From NCBI GenBank assembly GCA_016839365.1, contig JAEOUH010000070.1:1-64000 (forward strand): a stretch of 64,000 nt of DNA. The letters run 5' to 3'. This document shows positions 1 to 10,083 of the stretch, one piece after another. Each line of letters opens with the position of its first letter. Within the stretch, counting starts at the first letter, position 1. A model generated the notes under the pieces. The model was given only the letters and a program-made list of their open reading frames with translations. It was not told the origin of the DNA and searched no databases. The DNA comes from Candidatus Hermodarchaeota archaeon. GTDB taxonomy: Archaea; Asgardarchaeota; Hermodarchaeia; Hermodarchaeales; Hermodarchaeaceae. Made by a program: the position numbers and the translations under genes.

Positions 1-1214
1 TCCAGTCCTGAGGTAGGCTCATCAAGTATGAGGAGCTGAGGTCGGTGAACCATAGCAATCGAAATTGATGCACGTCGTTTCTCGCCTCCTGATAGGGTTA
101 TTACACTTTGATTTCCTTTTTCAAAAATCCCCAGTTCCCGTAAAAGAACCTTACCTCGACGAACGAGTTCTAATTCGGGAATACCATATTGTTTGCCAAA
201 TTCAACGATATTCTCCAGGGGTGTAAAGTTTTGATACATATAACCTAAGTCTTGCGGAACGAACCCAAAGATTGGTTTGACCTGTTTCCGCTGCGTTGAT
301 AAAACTCCACCAATCACTACACGTCCATGGTTCGGAATGATGTCACCAATCAAGGCGCGAATCGTTGTGGATTTTCCGGATCCTGATTCACCTATTATAC
401 CCATAATTTTTCCGCTCGGTAGTTTGAACGAGACGTCTCGAATAATATCGAAGTTATCGTCAACGGTGACGGTAAGATTCTCAGCAACGATGACATTCTC
501 AACTTTCCCTCGCGTCCGGGCATAGGCCGGAGTAAATAATAGCTTTCGAGCAAGGACATCAGGAACGATGCTGATCAATTCCCGCATAATCTCTGGAGCT
601 GTTTCGCGTCCTCCGATAGTCAAAACCCGATATGAAGCCTCTGATGAGATGGTTGTTAATCGGGTTCGTAATTCGAGTAACCCCACGCGCAACCTTTCCA
701 TTCGGGCATTTGTTATTGTTCCTTTATAGTAAACCTCCTGCCCTTCTTTGTCATTCCCCCAGACTTGAGCGTCAACCTCAGTATAAGCAAGAAATTCCTG
801 AACCCGTTTCACAGCATGATCAATTTCCTCTCCATCGTAGTAGAAATCATCGTGGATATTACGCCGTAACCAATTCATCAGTACCAATTGTCTAGCGGCA
901 ACTTCTTCACGTTCCGTTTTATCCGAGCCAATGGTTAAAACTACACCATTAAGGTTACTCGAACCCTTCGTTACTGTGTTAACCAAAAGGGCAATGCGCT
1001 GACGTCGCCCCCTACGAACAACATCAAGAATGCGTCCCTCAATGGTGATATCCTCACCTGAACTTCGGAGTATTCCTGAAATCTGTGAATGCAGTTCACG
1101 ATCCTGCCTTTCTTCAATCCAATCTAAAGCATCATCGAACCGGGAACCAGCGAAATAGTTCTTCTCAACAAAAACAGGAACATCAGCTAAAGCTTCCAAA
1201 TTATTCACATCCAC
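1..1214 (-). CDS. ABC transporter ATP-binding protein with ~230-aa N-terminal extension (C-terminus runs off window)
   Basis: Not in ORF track. Manual translation from GTG 1214 is open to position 1, with Walker A GESGSGKST, signature LSGGEKRR and Walker B LLILDEPTSG. Lies directly downstream of the ABC-2 permease. Confidence 0.9.
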   Translation of the reverse strand, partial: MDVNNLEALADVPVFVEKNYFAGSRFDDALDWIEERQDRELHSQISGILRSSGEDITIEGRILDVVRRGRRQRIALLVNTVTKGSSNLNGVVLTIGSDKTEREEVAARQLVLMNWLRRNIHDDFYYDGEEIDHAVKRVQEFLAYTEVDAQVWGNDKEGQEVYYKGTITNARMERLRVGLLELRTRLTTISSEASYRVLTIGGRETAPEIMRELISIVPDVLARKLLFTPAYARTRGKVENVIVAENLTVTVDDNFDIIRDVSFKLPSGKIMGIIGESGSGKSTTIRALIGDIIPNHGRVVIGGVLSTQRKQVKPIFGFVPQDLGYMYQNFTPLENIVEFGKQYGIPELELVRRGKVLLRELGIFEKGNQSVITLSGGEKRRASISIAMVHRPQLLILDEPTSGL

Positions 1215-1220
1215 ATAGGT

Positions 1221-2432
1221 TTATGCTAGTGTTCGTTTCCTCCACAATACAAGAATCGCAATGAAGGTGCCACCAATAATGAAGATAAGAATTCGAAGAA
1301 TTTGCTCCCAGCCCGCAATCAACGGAAGACCCTTGAAGGCGGTTTCCCGAATCAATTCCATTCCTAAATTCATCGGTAGAAATTCGGAAATGATTCCCAC
1401 ATCAATAAACATTCCACTCAGAATCATCATGCCCAATAGCAGAAACAGAAATCCTTGGTTAGCCTGTAAACGTGAAGTGGAAAATGACGAGATGACAACG
1501 CCGGCTACTGCTCCCGCCAATGCCATCAGACTAACAATTATCATCAACGTTAGCAAATCTGTCCGCAAGTTTAACTGAAAACTAACAATCCAAAGAACCA
1601 ATAGCAACAAACCCTGGATCATCCCAATGATTGTATAAGCGGCGATTTTTCCAATGACTACTTCTACCTTGCTCGTGGGCGTTAGAAGCATCCGACGAAG
1701 CGGAATATCTCCAACTATTGACTGGCATGAAATCAAGGCAATAGCCATGAAAATACAAAAGACCACCAAAAATGCCCCCACCTGAATCGCCAACCTATCA
1801 CCTTCTGGTACAAACTCAACTTGAGGAATAGTCAAAATATCACTACGAATCCAACCCAGCCTTTCACGAAATATCAGTGTGGCCTCGGTCACTGCAATAA
1901 AAGCATCCCCTTGTCCTTGGAGTTGAGTATTGCTTGTGTGAACATTCACGATAATAGGAAAGTTCATCGACAAAGCATGCTCAAAGCCATCAGGTATTAC
2001 TACGTATGCATCAACCTCTGCGTAAAATAACGCTGTATACGCATCCGACTCGTTCGCGAACTCAATAACCGTGACGCTCTCAACTTCTGCCAATGTAGCT
2101 GTAAAATTCTGGGACAGATCCAAACCCGGATATGTATCTGTTGTATCTAAGTCCACAACTCCCATTAATAATGGCACCGATTCAGCCTGAATATCATTCT
2201 GCTGAATCGCCAACGCTAAGGTACCTATAGTTAAAATAGGAAGTAAAAAGACTAGAAGCATTGCTGTTCTATCTTTGATGATGGTCTGGATCTCTTTACG
2301 CGTTAAGGCTAGAATACGCTTGATAGGCTCAAGGCTACTCATAGGGTTCATCCCCGTTTGACTAATAGAGGGCTCCCTAAAGATTTTTGGTAAAGACGCG
2401 TTTCGCCCAAACCTTTTTTTGATATCTATCAA
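1221..2432 (-). CDS. ABC-2 type exporter permease
   Basis: N-terminal TM, extracytoplasmic domain (VDAYVVIPDGF), LLTP...GK motif and several C-terminal TMs. True start is probably ~2351-2342. Confidence 0.88.
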   Translation of the reverse strand: MIDIKKRFGRNASLPKIFREPSISQTGMNPMSSLEPIKRILALTRKEIQTIIKDRTAMLLVFLLPILTIGTLALAIQQNDIQAESVPLLMGVVDLDTTDTYPGLDLSQNFTATLAEVESVTVIEFANESDAYTALFYAEVDAYVVIPDGFEHALSMNFPIIVNVHTSNTQLQGQGDAFIAVTEATLIFRERLGWIRSDILTIPQVEFVPEGDRLAIQVGAFLVVFCIFMAIALISCQSIVGDIPLRRMLLTPTSKVEVVIGKIAAYTIIGMIQGLLLLVLWIVSFQLNLRTDLLTLMIIVSLMALAGAVAGVVISSFSTSRLQANQGFLFLLLGMMILSGMFIDVGIISEFLPMNLGMELIRETAFKGLPLIAGWEQILRILIFIIGGTFIAILVLWRKRTLA

Positions 2433-2490
2433 TGGACAGTGTACTGGGATAATTTACTAGATTCAGCCAATGAAAAGTAGGTAAGAGAAG

Positions 2491-3405
2491 ATGCGGGACG
2501 AACAACCGCCAAGTAAACCGGCGGATGTATTATCATGGGCAAAGGGATGGCAACCAAGCTGGCCCACGGTAATCACTTTTCCTCAGAATGATTTCTTCAT
2601 TAATCTCTATGAGTTTGTGAACCGTTCAGATGATTTGGATGTTACTATCCACACCGGCAATCATCAACTGCTTCTTCGATTCGAACACGCCTATGATCCA
2701 GAAAGTTTCCACTACTCTATGAAACTGCCTGATATTGATGCCACCATTGACATCGTCCCCTATAAACCGGATTATGGCGTGTTGAAGAAACGCACTTTTA
2801 CAAATCGGGCAAAAGAGTTTGATCGATTTGCACAGCATGAGCTTCTAAAAATCCCCACTGAACAGCAGGGAAACCAAATTCGAACCCTAGCGGATGTCAT
2901 GGGGGTGCTGAACTTTTCCAATGAGGTTATTGAAATCACCCGCGAAACCCTCTTTGGGAATCCGGATCCAGCGAAATTCCGGTATCTCAATAATCCTGTC
3001 TCCTTTCTCAATCTCCAAAACGGCTGGATTCTCATTCCTGATGAATCTGTTAAAATCAAACTGAATATGGGTGTTGAATATGAACACGTGTTCCGCCTAT
3101 CTTACAGGTTTGACCCAAAGGAGGGGCCCGTTGTAGAGAATTATCAGAAGCACCAAACTGCTCTTCAACGGCTCTCAACCCAGACGATTCGCCGCGTATT
3201 TTCCAATCTTGGCACCTATACGTCAATTATTCATAATCCCTTCTTTAGTGACATCAGTCAGCGGTTTCCCGTTCGCTATGTTGCATTGAATAATGGTTTG
3301 CTTGTTGCGTCGCTAGGTAAAGGTTCTGACTGGGAAAGAGGCACCTTTGAATTTTACAAGCCCACCGAGCGCCGAGAAAGGCTTTTTGGTTTACTTGAAC
3401 GCTAG
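2491..3405 (+). CDS. hypothetical protein
   Basis: 304-aa ORF filling the gap, divergent from the permease; no motif recognised. Confidence 0.7.
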   Translation: MRDEQPPSKPADVLSWAKGWQPSWPTVITFPQNDFFINLYEFVNRSDDLDVTIHTGNHQLLLRFEHAYDPESFHYSMKLPDIDATIDIVPYKPDYGVLKKRTFTNRAKEFDRFAQHELLKIPTEQQGNQIRTLADVMGVLNFSNEVIEITRETLFGNPDPAKFRYLNNPVSFLNLQNGWILIPDESVKIKLNMGVEYEHVFRLSYRFDPKEGPVVENYQKHQTALQRLSTQTIRRVFSNLGTYTSIIHNPFFSDISQRFPVRYVALNNGLLVASLGKGSDWERGTFEFYKPTERRERLFGLLER

Positions 3406-3423
3406 GGTATTTCCTTCTCAGAA

Positions 3424-3801
3424 TTATTCGCGGCTTGGACGGTCATAGTCGTCAGTGATTCTGATCACATCCCCAAACATTCGTGTCCCAAGTTCTAAAA
3501 TAAGTGTGTTTTCAAGAGGGTATAGTCGGTGCTGTTGACCGGGCGGGATGTGTAATGTATCGCCTTGATTTAGGGTTATTTCCTTTTTGCCAAGAACCAC
3601 TCTAAGTTTACCATAAATAATGTAGAAGAATTCATCCTTCTTTTCATGATAATGGAACGAACTAGCGGTATCTTTCTGGAGATATAGTTCTTTTAAAAAG
3701 ACTCCTTGGAATTCAGCAAGTGGGCGTTCATATCCCCATGGCTTCTCCTTCTTTTCGCCATATGGGACCTCACTTGAATTCACCATACGCTTCTGACCCA
3801 C
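3424..3801 (-). CDS. cupin domain protein
   Basis: Cupin motifs SFHYHEKKDEFFY and GDTLHIPPGQQHRL. Confidence 0.88.
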   Translation of the reverse strand: MGQKRMVNSSEVPYGEKKEKPWGYERPLAEFQGVFLKELYLQKDTASSFHYHEKKDEFFYIIYGKLRVVLGKKEITLNQGDTLHIPPGQQHRLYPLENTLILELGTRMFGDVIRITDDYDRPSRE

Positions 3802-3825
3802 CTACTAGCTGTGTCAGTGTGTTTA

Positions 3826-4260
3826 CTATATTCCCTCATCAATAATGCGATCGATAATCCGCTGGAGTTTCTCATTATCTTGTATGCGTTCCGGTCTCCA
3901 TGAACGTCCTTCGAAGAGGCGGTCTGGTTCACCTAATATCTCTGCCATAGCCACTTGCAGGGATTTTGCGGCACGAGAATCAAGTCGTGCACATTGTCCG
4001 AAATAGTCGCAGTTTTTCACTGTGCAGACACTTCCCACATCCAATCGATAAACACCAGGCTGCAATAGGATGGCTTTAACCTGAAGGGGGCAGGTTGTGG
4101 TATCATCAGAGAAAATTCGAACACCCTTTTCCTTGTCAATGACTTTCATGCGAGAACCAATTATACGATGTGCCCCTCGTTCAATCTCATTGAGAGTAGC
4201 AACGACAACTAAATCGCCAAATTGACCTTTCTCTGGTTTTTTTGTCATCCAGTGTCGCAT
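3826..4260 (-). CDS. hypothetical protein, Cys-containing (possible metal binding)
   Basis: 144-aa ORF with C...CTVKNC-x5-C; co-oriented with the cupin gene. Confidence 0.65.
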   Translation of the reverse strand: MRHWMTKKPEKGQFGDLVVVATLNEIERGAHRIIGSRMKVIDKEKGVRIFSDDTTTCPLQVKAILLQPGVYRLDVGSVCTVKNCDYFGQCARLDSRAAKSLQVAMAEILGEPDRLFEGRSWRPERIQDNEKLQRIIDRIIDEGI

Positions 4261-4351
4261 CCAAAACCCTTAGTCACTAGCGTAACTTGTGCTATCAACC
4301 TACGTCCAATCGCCTTATTAGCCTTTATGTCCCTTCAAGGGAATTTCTTCC

Positions 4352-4564
4352 CTAATTTCCAAGGTATAACAATAGACTCAGCAAAAACATCATGCCTGCA
4401 AAGAGGACAAGGACAACAGCTAACTCAATGGAGAATAGAGCACCTAACGGAGTATAATAAACTAGTACTGGATGGATTAGAAGAGTGAAAAGAAAGATCA
4501 AAAAAATAATGCCAATTAACCATCCTCGTTGGCGGCGACTGAACAGCATATTATAGTTCACCAA
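4352..4564 (-). CDS. small two-TM membrane protein
   Basis: 70 aa with two hydrophobic segments. Confidence 0.5.
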   Translation of the reverse strand: MVNYNMLFSRRQRGWLIGIIFLIFLFTLLIHPVLVYYTPLGALFSIELAVVLVLFAGMMFLLSLLLYLGN

Positions 4565-4725
4565 TCGTTAACCCGGACTGTGACTGATTTGCTGCTTTAA
4601 GCCTTTCGTCAACGTCATAATCAGTTGTCTCTTAACTTCCTTGAATTTGGGATTCGTTGATATCAGCAAGCCTTATCTGATAATATTATGAAGGGAATTC
4701 AGCTAGGCGGTCCGGTGTAAAATCG

Positions 4726-5712
4726 TTGGTGCTCTCAGTTATATCAATTGCAGCCATTCTCACTTTGATCAGTGGCATTCTTTCGGGTATTGGGCATTCT
4801 CTTCAGCGGTACGGACTCGATAAGTTACCCGAACTCACTCCTCGGGCATTCTATAAACGCCATATCCGGTTACTTTTTACCCTCTTCACAACTCCCATCT
4901 GGTTCTTTGGTGCCGTTCTCGCCGTCTCAGGAGCCCTAATGCGCTGGCAAGCCTTCTCCATGGGTGATGTCAGTTTTTTGAAACCCTTAACCAATATCAA
5001 CATCCTCATCGTTATCATTCTGGGGGTTCTCATATTGGGAGAGGTGATAAGACGATTCGAATGGGGAGGGATTTCTGCCCTTCTTATTGGAGTGTTTGTC
5101 CTCAGCTTATTTGCCCAAGAACGAGTCATCGACAGCTACAATATTTTCTGGTATGTTATTTTTACAATTATTTGTGTCGTACTCGTGACCACTTTCATAG
5201 TCATCGGTTCACAACTCACTAGGAGCTCTCGCGAAAAAGAGCTCATGTTTGCGATCAGCTCTGGTATCCTTTACGGGATTGCAACCATCTATCTCAAGGC
5301 AATGACCATCGAAGTCATTCAGGTCCTTGGGTACTTCAATGTCCTCGATCCCCTCTCACTCCTTACACTTTTGACACGCTATTCCTTCTGGCTCTACTTC
5401 ATCAGCTCGGTCATAGCCTATTTCCTCCTTCAATGTGCCTATTCACACCGAAGGGTTTCAGTGGCCTTCCCCGTTAATAATTCACTCTCAACCCTAGTAC
5501 CCATCATCATCGCTGTTCTCGTCTTTGGTGATTCCCTCCTTATCCTCATCAATGGCTTCATCATATTCCCCGTCTCCTACCTCCCCATCATCGGAATCAT
5601 CGCAATATTCATTGGGATTATATTGCTTCGCCGATTTCAAGGAACATCCGAAAAACCGCTAGTAGATAACTCCTCCTCAAGTGAGGAAGAAATAAAAGGA
5701 GTTTCCACATGA
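4726..5712 (+). CDS. DMT/EamA-like (NIPA-like) membrane transporter
   Basis: About 9-10 TM segments with internal duplication (GDVSFLKP / RVSVAFP; LGE / FGD). Confidence 0.75.
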   Translation: MVLSVISIAAILTLISGILSGIGHSLQRYGLDKLPELTPRAFYKRHIRLLFTLFTTPIWFFGAVLAVSGALMRWQAFSMGDVSFLKPLTNINILIVIILGVLILGEVIRRFEWGGISALLIGVFVLSLFAQERVIDSYNIFWYVIFTIICVVLVTTFIVIGSQLTRSSREKELMFAISSGILYGIATIYLKAMTIEVIQVLGYFNVLDPLSLLTLLTRYSFWLYFISSVIAYFLLQCAYSHRRVSVAFPVNNSLSTLVPIIIAVLVFGDSLLILINGFIIFPVSYLPIIGIIAIFIGIILLRRFQGTSEKPLVDNSSSSEEEIKGVST

Positions 5713-5761
5713 AATCCAATTCCTCTCAATATCTTGATACGAAATGGACAGGTGAATCTCA

Positions 5762-7078
5762 TTGCATCAATTTCTCGACCAACTGGAACAAGCATGGAAA
5801 ACGGGGTATGAGTTCATCAAGGGGAGTCCTGTAATTCTGAAACGGACCGATATAAATTCGGTCATGTCGCATTCTGGGAAAATCCTCAACGAGCGCCGCA
5901 TCCGTGAGACTCTTGCAACTACCATTGAGCTTCGAGAATTGGGCGCCGCTGCAATTACTGATGCCTCCCATCAATCGCGACCTGGACGTGCGGATTTCTA
6001 TCCAACGCTTGAACATACGCGCATCTTGAATTCTATACTTGAAATTGAGTTTCCCGATAAATACGATGAATGGGAATACGTGTTCAGTGATTCGGCCTGG
6101 GGCTTTTCCCAATTGGAATACTTAACCCGTGGTCAAAATGTCATGAGCAATAACATCCGGTTTGCCCCCTGGGAGCTCAATGTGCCCGCCCAACTTTATG
6201 ACATTCCACCTGTTCGACTCGTCGAAAAACTCCGCGACGCAGGACACCGTGTCTGCTATGTACAAGACGCTTTTCCCTCCGCCCATCGCGGAGGAGGTCA
6301 GAAAGACACATCGATGTATGCACTACCAAACTTCTTTAATCGTCGCGGAATTCCCGTGTTTCCATCTCGCAATTTCGCCGAGGAAATGATCAAATTCGCC
6401 GAACTAAACGAACTCATCCATTCCAGTAAAAAAGTCATCGTTGCCCTATTTGGAGGAAAGGTCACCGATTATCTTGATGTCTTCTCCCTTTATGAACGTC
6501 ATAAACACATCGAAATCCTTGCGGGCTCCCTACTTAGTATGGTATTTCTTAAAAGCCAACATCCCACGCTAAGTTTCGGAGTCAACGATGAACGATTCTT
6601 CCAAGACATTGGCGAAGAAGAACTCCGACAATTCAAGCAACACTTCAATAAAGAACGAGTTCACCTCGCGAAAGACCTAATCATCACCACCCCAGATGAA
6701 ATCGTCACTAAATCACTCAACGCCAAAGCGAAAATTCGCTACGAAGTGCAAGGGATTGGACCTGAAACCGTCCAGTCCTACGCAGAAGCGGTAAAAGGTG
6801 CCCAGCTCCTCATGGTCAATGGTTGCCCGTTCAATATTCGCCGGTTTGAAACCTTTGGGAAATACTTCAAGGAATTCCTTACACTGGTCCGAAACCAAAA
6901 TGGGTCCTTGAAACTGTATGAATGCGGAGGTGATGCAATCACTGCCATCAAATATTGTGGCATCAAAACTGATATCAGCTCCACAGCCGGAAAACTCGGA
7001 CTTTTGGCTCCAATGATTGAAGATAAAAGCGACCTTGAAAAATATGCTCCTGCTGTGGTTCCTCTCATTCAACGCTGA
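5762..7078 (+). CDS. divergent phosphoglycerate kinase-family protein
   Basis: PGK motifs RTDINS, RRIR, HQSRPG, NIRF, DAFPSAHR, GGKV, IGPET and GGD; C-terminal Gly loop altered. Confidence 0.78.
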   Translation: MHQFLDQLEQAWKTGYEFIKGSPVILKRTDINSVMSHSGKILNERRIRETLATTIELRELGAAAITDASHQSRPGRADFYPTLEHTRILNSILEIEFPDKYDEWEYVFSDSAWGFSQLEYLTRGQNVMSNNIRFAPWELNVPAQLYDIPPVRLVEKLRDAGHRVCYVQDAFPSAHRGGGQKDTSMYALPNFFNRRGIPVFPSRNFAEEMIKFAELNELIHSSKKVIVALFGGKVTDYLDVFSLYERHKHIEILAGSLLSMVFLKSQHPTLSFGVNDERFFQDIGEEELRQFKQHFNKERVHLAKDLIITTPDEIVTKSLNAKAKIRYEVQGIGPETVQSYAEAVKGAQLLMVNGCPFNIRRFETFGKYFKEFLTLVRNQNGSLKLYECGGDAITAIKYCGIKTDISSTAGKLGLLAPMIEDKSDLEKYAPAVVPLIQR

Positions 7079-7089
7079 CAGAATCTAGA

Positions 7090-9192
7090 CTAATCAATCG
7101 TTCTTCCACAATGGCCACAAAAACTGGCATTTGGAGTTATCGGAGCACCACAGTGGTAACAGAATCCCGTGCGAACAGGCTTTTCAGAAGGAATGTCACC
7201 ACTCTTTGTTGAAGGATAAGTCTGAGATTGGCTATTAGCAGGTGTTGGCGCAGGGGCTGGTGACCACATATACTCTTGGGATTTCCGTTTCCGCCGTTGA
7301 ACAAGTGTACATACGCTGAAGACGATGATTAAGACAATGGCTGCAATGATTATGATCCAAATGATCAAACCAAACCCCGAGATGGTTATAGAATAGTTCG
7401 CCCCAGCATTATTATCCGTGGCTACCCGACCCCCAGCATCAGTCACGGTCACATAATACGCAATAATGGACCCAGGAAGAAACGTTCCTAAAGCTCCTTC
7501 CCATTCAGAACCACTTACGAAAACCATATCAATGTGATACCATCGAGTATCACCTTGTCGTTGGTAATAGATCGTTGCGTTGACAATCCAAGTATCATCA
7601 GTAGCTTCTAGACTCACGGTGATGGGATCACCAAATCCTGGAGCTATTGGAAAGTGGCTCACCGAGCTGATAATGGGATCTGCTAGGTCTACAATGAAAT
7701 GTGATTGGATGGATAATCGACGTCCGCTCCCAGCCAATTCCATAATCAACGTGGCATTATGCGCACCTGATGTAAGCCCGACAATGTCTTGACTAGTACC
7801 CAGTCCACTATACTCCAAGACATCATCCACGAACAGTTCAAAGTGGTCAATTCCTGTTCCTGGAGCCGTTCCAGACCATTGTATAGTAACATTCGGTGTT
7901 AGAATCGCGCTACCATCTAATGGGAAAAGGAATTCCATAAAGGCTCGAATAATTGAAACATTATATGAAGCTCCAACAGCATTTTCAATGACCATTGTAA
8001 ACTGACCGGTGGATGAAACATAGGAATTAACCTCTCCCAATCCAATAGCAAACGCCCCATCATCTACCCCCGCGATGGTCCCAGGATGTGCATCGATAAC
8101 TTTTACAATTCCTTGACCTGATGGGAGCGTTTCATCAATCTCAGTAATCACAACTCCCTCACCACCTGGACCAATAATGGGAAGCGAAGCGTCATAACCT
8201 ATTTTCTTCCGAACTTCGAGAAGAAAATAATGTGTTGACGTTACATTGATTCGAATCAGATGTATACCTGTTGTGAGGAGTTCAAGAGGATCTATCACTG
8301 CAGTGAGATCCGAGGCTACTTCAACTGTATTGCTTGCGTTCACCCAACCCAGTTCTGATTTACTCCACCCCATCATATGTGAAGGTTGATCACCTAGATC
8401 CATGGGTCCATTCCAAGACCCTGCACCCATAAGCCCCCAATGACCAACAAACTGCTCTCCTTCGTAATCGACATCATACAAATCAGGTAATCCTAAGTCA
8501 TGTCCAAACTCATGGGCAAGAACACCTACAAATGACGGATCACCGGGCAGGCTCTCCTCAGGGCTTACTGATGCACGTTGGATTGGAATACCATCTGCCC
8601 AAATGGTAAAGCCCCACCATTCACTGGACCAATAATCCTGCCAATCATGACTCAGCTCTTGACCTTGGCCTGCATGAATAATAGTCACCCCATCATAAAT
8701 CGAAAAATCAACATCCGGATCTGCGAGAGCAATCGCTTCGGAAATTATGTCAAACTTGGGGTCGCTTGGGAATGATGTACCCTCCACATAATAGGCTCGA
8801 TTATGTGAAAGTGTATACCAATTTGTCGCATCACCCGCAACTTGTACTAGCCCATATGAAACCTCATCAATATAGTCATTGAGTGCAGTGATGGCATTTG
8901 TCTCCACTTCAGCTGAAGTAAAGGTATTGCCTTTATCGGGAAATTCGACCAAGATGGCAATCAGGTTTCTAGTGCCCGTAACCTGACGGGAGGAACGGTA
9001 GACTTCCGGTGGAGGAGGTCCATCAAGGCCAAGCCGTGAAGACATCGGCATCGTGGATGCCGAGAATGGTTGATTCGTCAAAGAGGTAGAAAATATACTC
9101 ATAGCAAGTGGCGCAATTAGAGAAAAGATGAGAATTGTCAATAGGGTAATTGTGGGGATACTTATTGGCTTTCGGCTTATATGATAAATCAT
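7090..9192 (-). CDS. M6 family (immune inhibitor A-like) metalloprotease, membrane-anchored, with cytoplasmic zinc ribbon
   Basis: N-terminal signal/TM, IIHAGQGQE, HEFGHDLGLPDLYD, WGLMGAGSW, C-terminal TM, then CYHC-x10-CGHC. Confidence 0.9.
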   Translation of the reverse strand: MIYHISRKPISIPTITLLTILIFSLIAPLAMSIFSTSLTNQPFSASTMPMSSRLGLDGPPPPEVYRSSRQVTGTRNLIAILVEFPDKGNTFTSAEVETNAITALNDYIDEVSYGLVQVAGDATNWYTLSHNRAYYVEGTSFPSDPKFDIISEAIALADPDVDFSIYDGVTIIHAGQGQELSHDWQDYWSSEWWGFTIWADGIPIQRASVSPEESLPGDPSFVGVLAHEFGHDLGLPDLYDVDYEGEQFVGHWGLMGAGSWNGPMDLGDQPSHMMGWSKSELGWVNASNTVEVASDLTAVIDPLELLTTGIHLIRINVTSTHYFLLEVRKKIGYDASLPIIGPGGEGVVITEIDETLPSGQGIVKVIDAHPGTIAGVDDGAFAIGLGEVNSYVSSTGQFTMVIENAVGASYNVSIIRAFMEFLFPLDGSAILTPNVTIQWSGTAPGTGIDHFELFVDDVLEYSGLGTSQDIVGLTSGAHNATLIMELAGSGRRLSIQSHFIVDLADPIISSVSHFPIAPGFGDPITVSLEATDDTWIVNATIYYQRQGDTRWYHIDMVFVSGSEWEGALGTFLPGSIIAYYVTVTDAGGRVATDNNAGANYSITISGFGLIIWIIIIAAIVLIIVFSVCTLVQRRKRKSQEYMWSPAPAPTPANSQSQTYPSTKSGDIPSEKPVRTGFCYHCGAPITPNASFCGHCGRTID

Positions 9193-9417
9193 CAGGTATA
9201 CCTCAATACTCCCTCTACTCCATGTACTGAAAACTGTCCTAGGCTATCAGTTATTGTATCGTTCACGATAATCTAGAAAAACTCTTAAAATCCCAGAAAT
9301 AAACTTTCGGTTCTGTCAACTCAAAAGATAGTGTAATTAGTCTCGTCGCAATCCCGGAACTATCTCTGCTGCCAATGGTAAGGCAGGTTGGTCTCGTCTT
9401 CTGCCTCGCTAGCATCC

Positions 9418-9981
9418 TTAAGGAGGACTGCGCCGACTTTCATGTGATTCTTTAATCTTTATGGCTAAGGTGGAAAATGCTTCCGTGACTTCTTGCCCTG
9501 TCTTTGCTGATGTTTCCTTGTATTGGAACAGGCCAAGATCGCTTGCGATTTTCTCCCCTTGTTCCGGAGTAATTTTGCGGTTTTTCTCGAGGTCAGCTTT
9601 GTTTCCGAGGAGAATCAATAGGGGTTCAGGGCCTACGGCATCACGAAATGCCTGAACCCATCGTGGAGCTGTTTCCAAGGTTTGGGGGCGAGTTAAATCA
9701 AAAACTACGATTCCCCCAGAAGCACCTTGGCAGTATCGGGTGCGAAGATCACGAAATATGTCCTGTCCAGCTAGATCCCAAATGAGAAGCTTGAACAAAT
9801 ACGTGCCGATCTTAGCATCATAGGTGCTGATATCGATTCCAAGAGTTCGATGATAATCACGTTGAAACTTGCCTGTCACATACTTATTGACAAGACTAGT
9901 CTTCCCAACAGCTGCTTCGCCGAGAGTCACTAACTTGTACACAGAATCAAAACGCCTTTCTTCGTCGTAAGTTCTGCTCAC
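9418..9981 (-). CDS. Rab/Ras-like small GTPase
   Basis: G1 GEAAVGKT, G2 TLG, G3 WDLAGQ, G4 NKAD, G5 TSAK; no C-terminal Cys prenylation motif. Confidence 0.95.
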   Translation of the reverse strand: MSRTYDEERRFDSVYKLVTLGEAAVGKTSLVNKYVTGKFQRDYHRTLGIDISTYDAKIGTYLFKLLIWDLAGQDIFRDLRTRYCQGASGGIVVFDLTRPQTLETAPRWVQAFRDAVGPEPLLILLGNKADLEKNRKITPEQGEKIASDLGLFQYKETSAKTGQEVTEAFSTLAIKIKESHESRRSPP

Positions 9982-10083
9982 TTCTCAACCTCCTTATCGT
10001 ATAGCCGGAAATCCAGCCTAATAATGGACAAGTTCCTCTTTAACTGTTGTCGAATCCCTCTCTTATATAAATTCTGACATAAC

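Noticed and set aside
277-895. Plus-strand ORFs at 277-525 and 632-895, and similar short antisense or overlapping ORFs throughout the track
   Set aside because: Shadow ORFs of well-supported genes on the opposite strand or in another frame.
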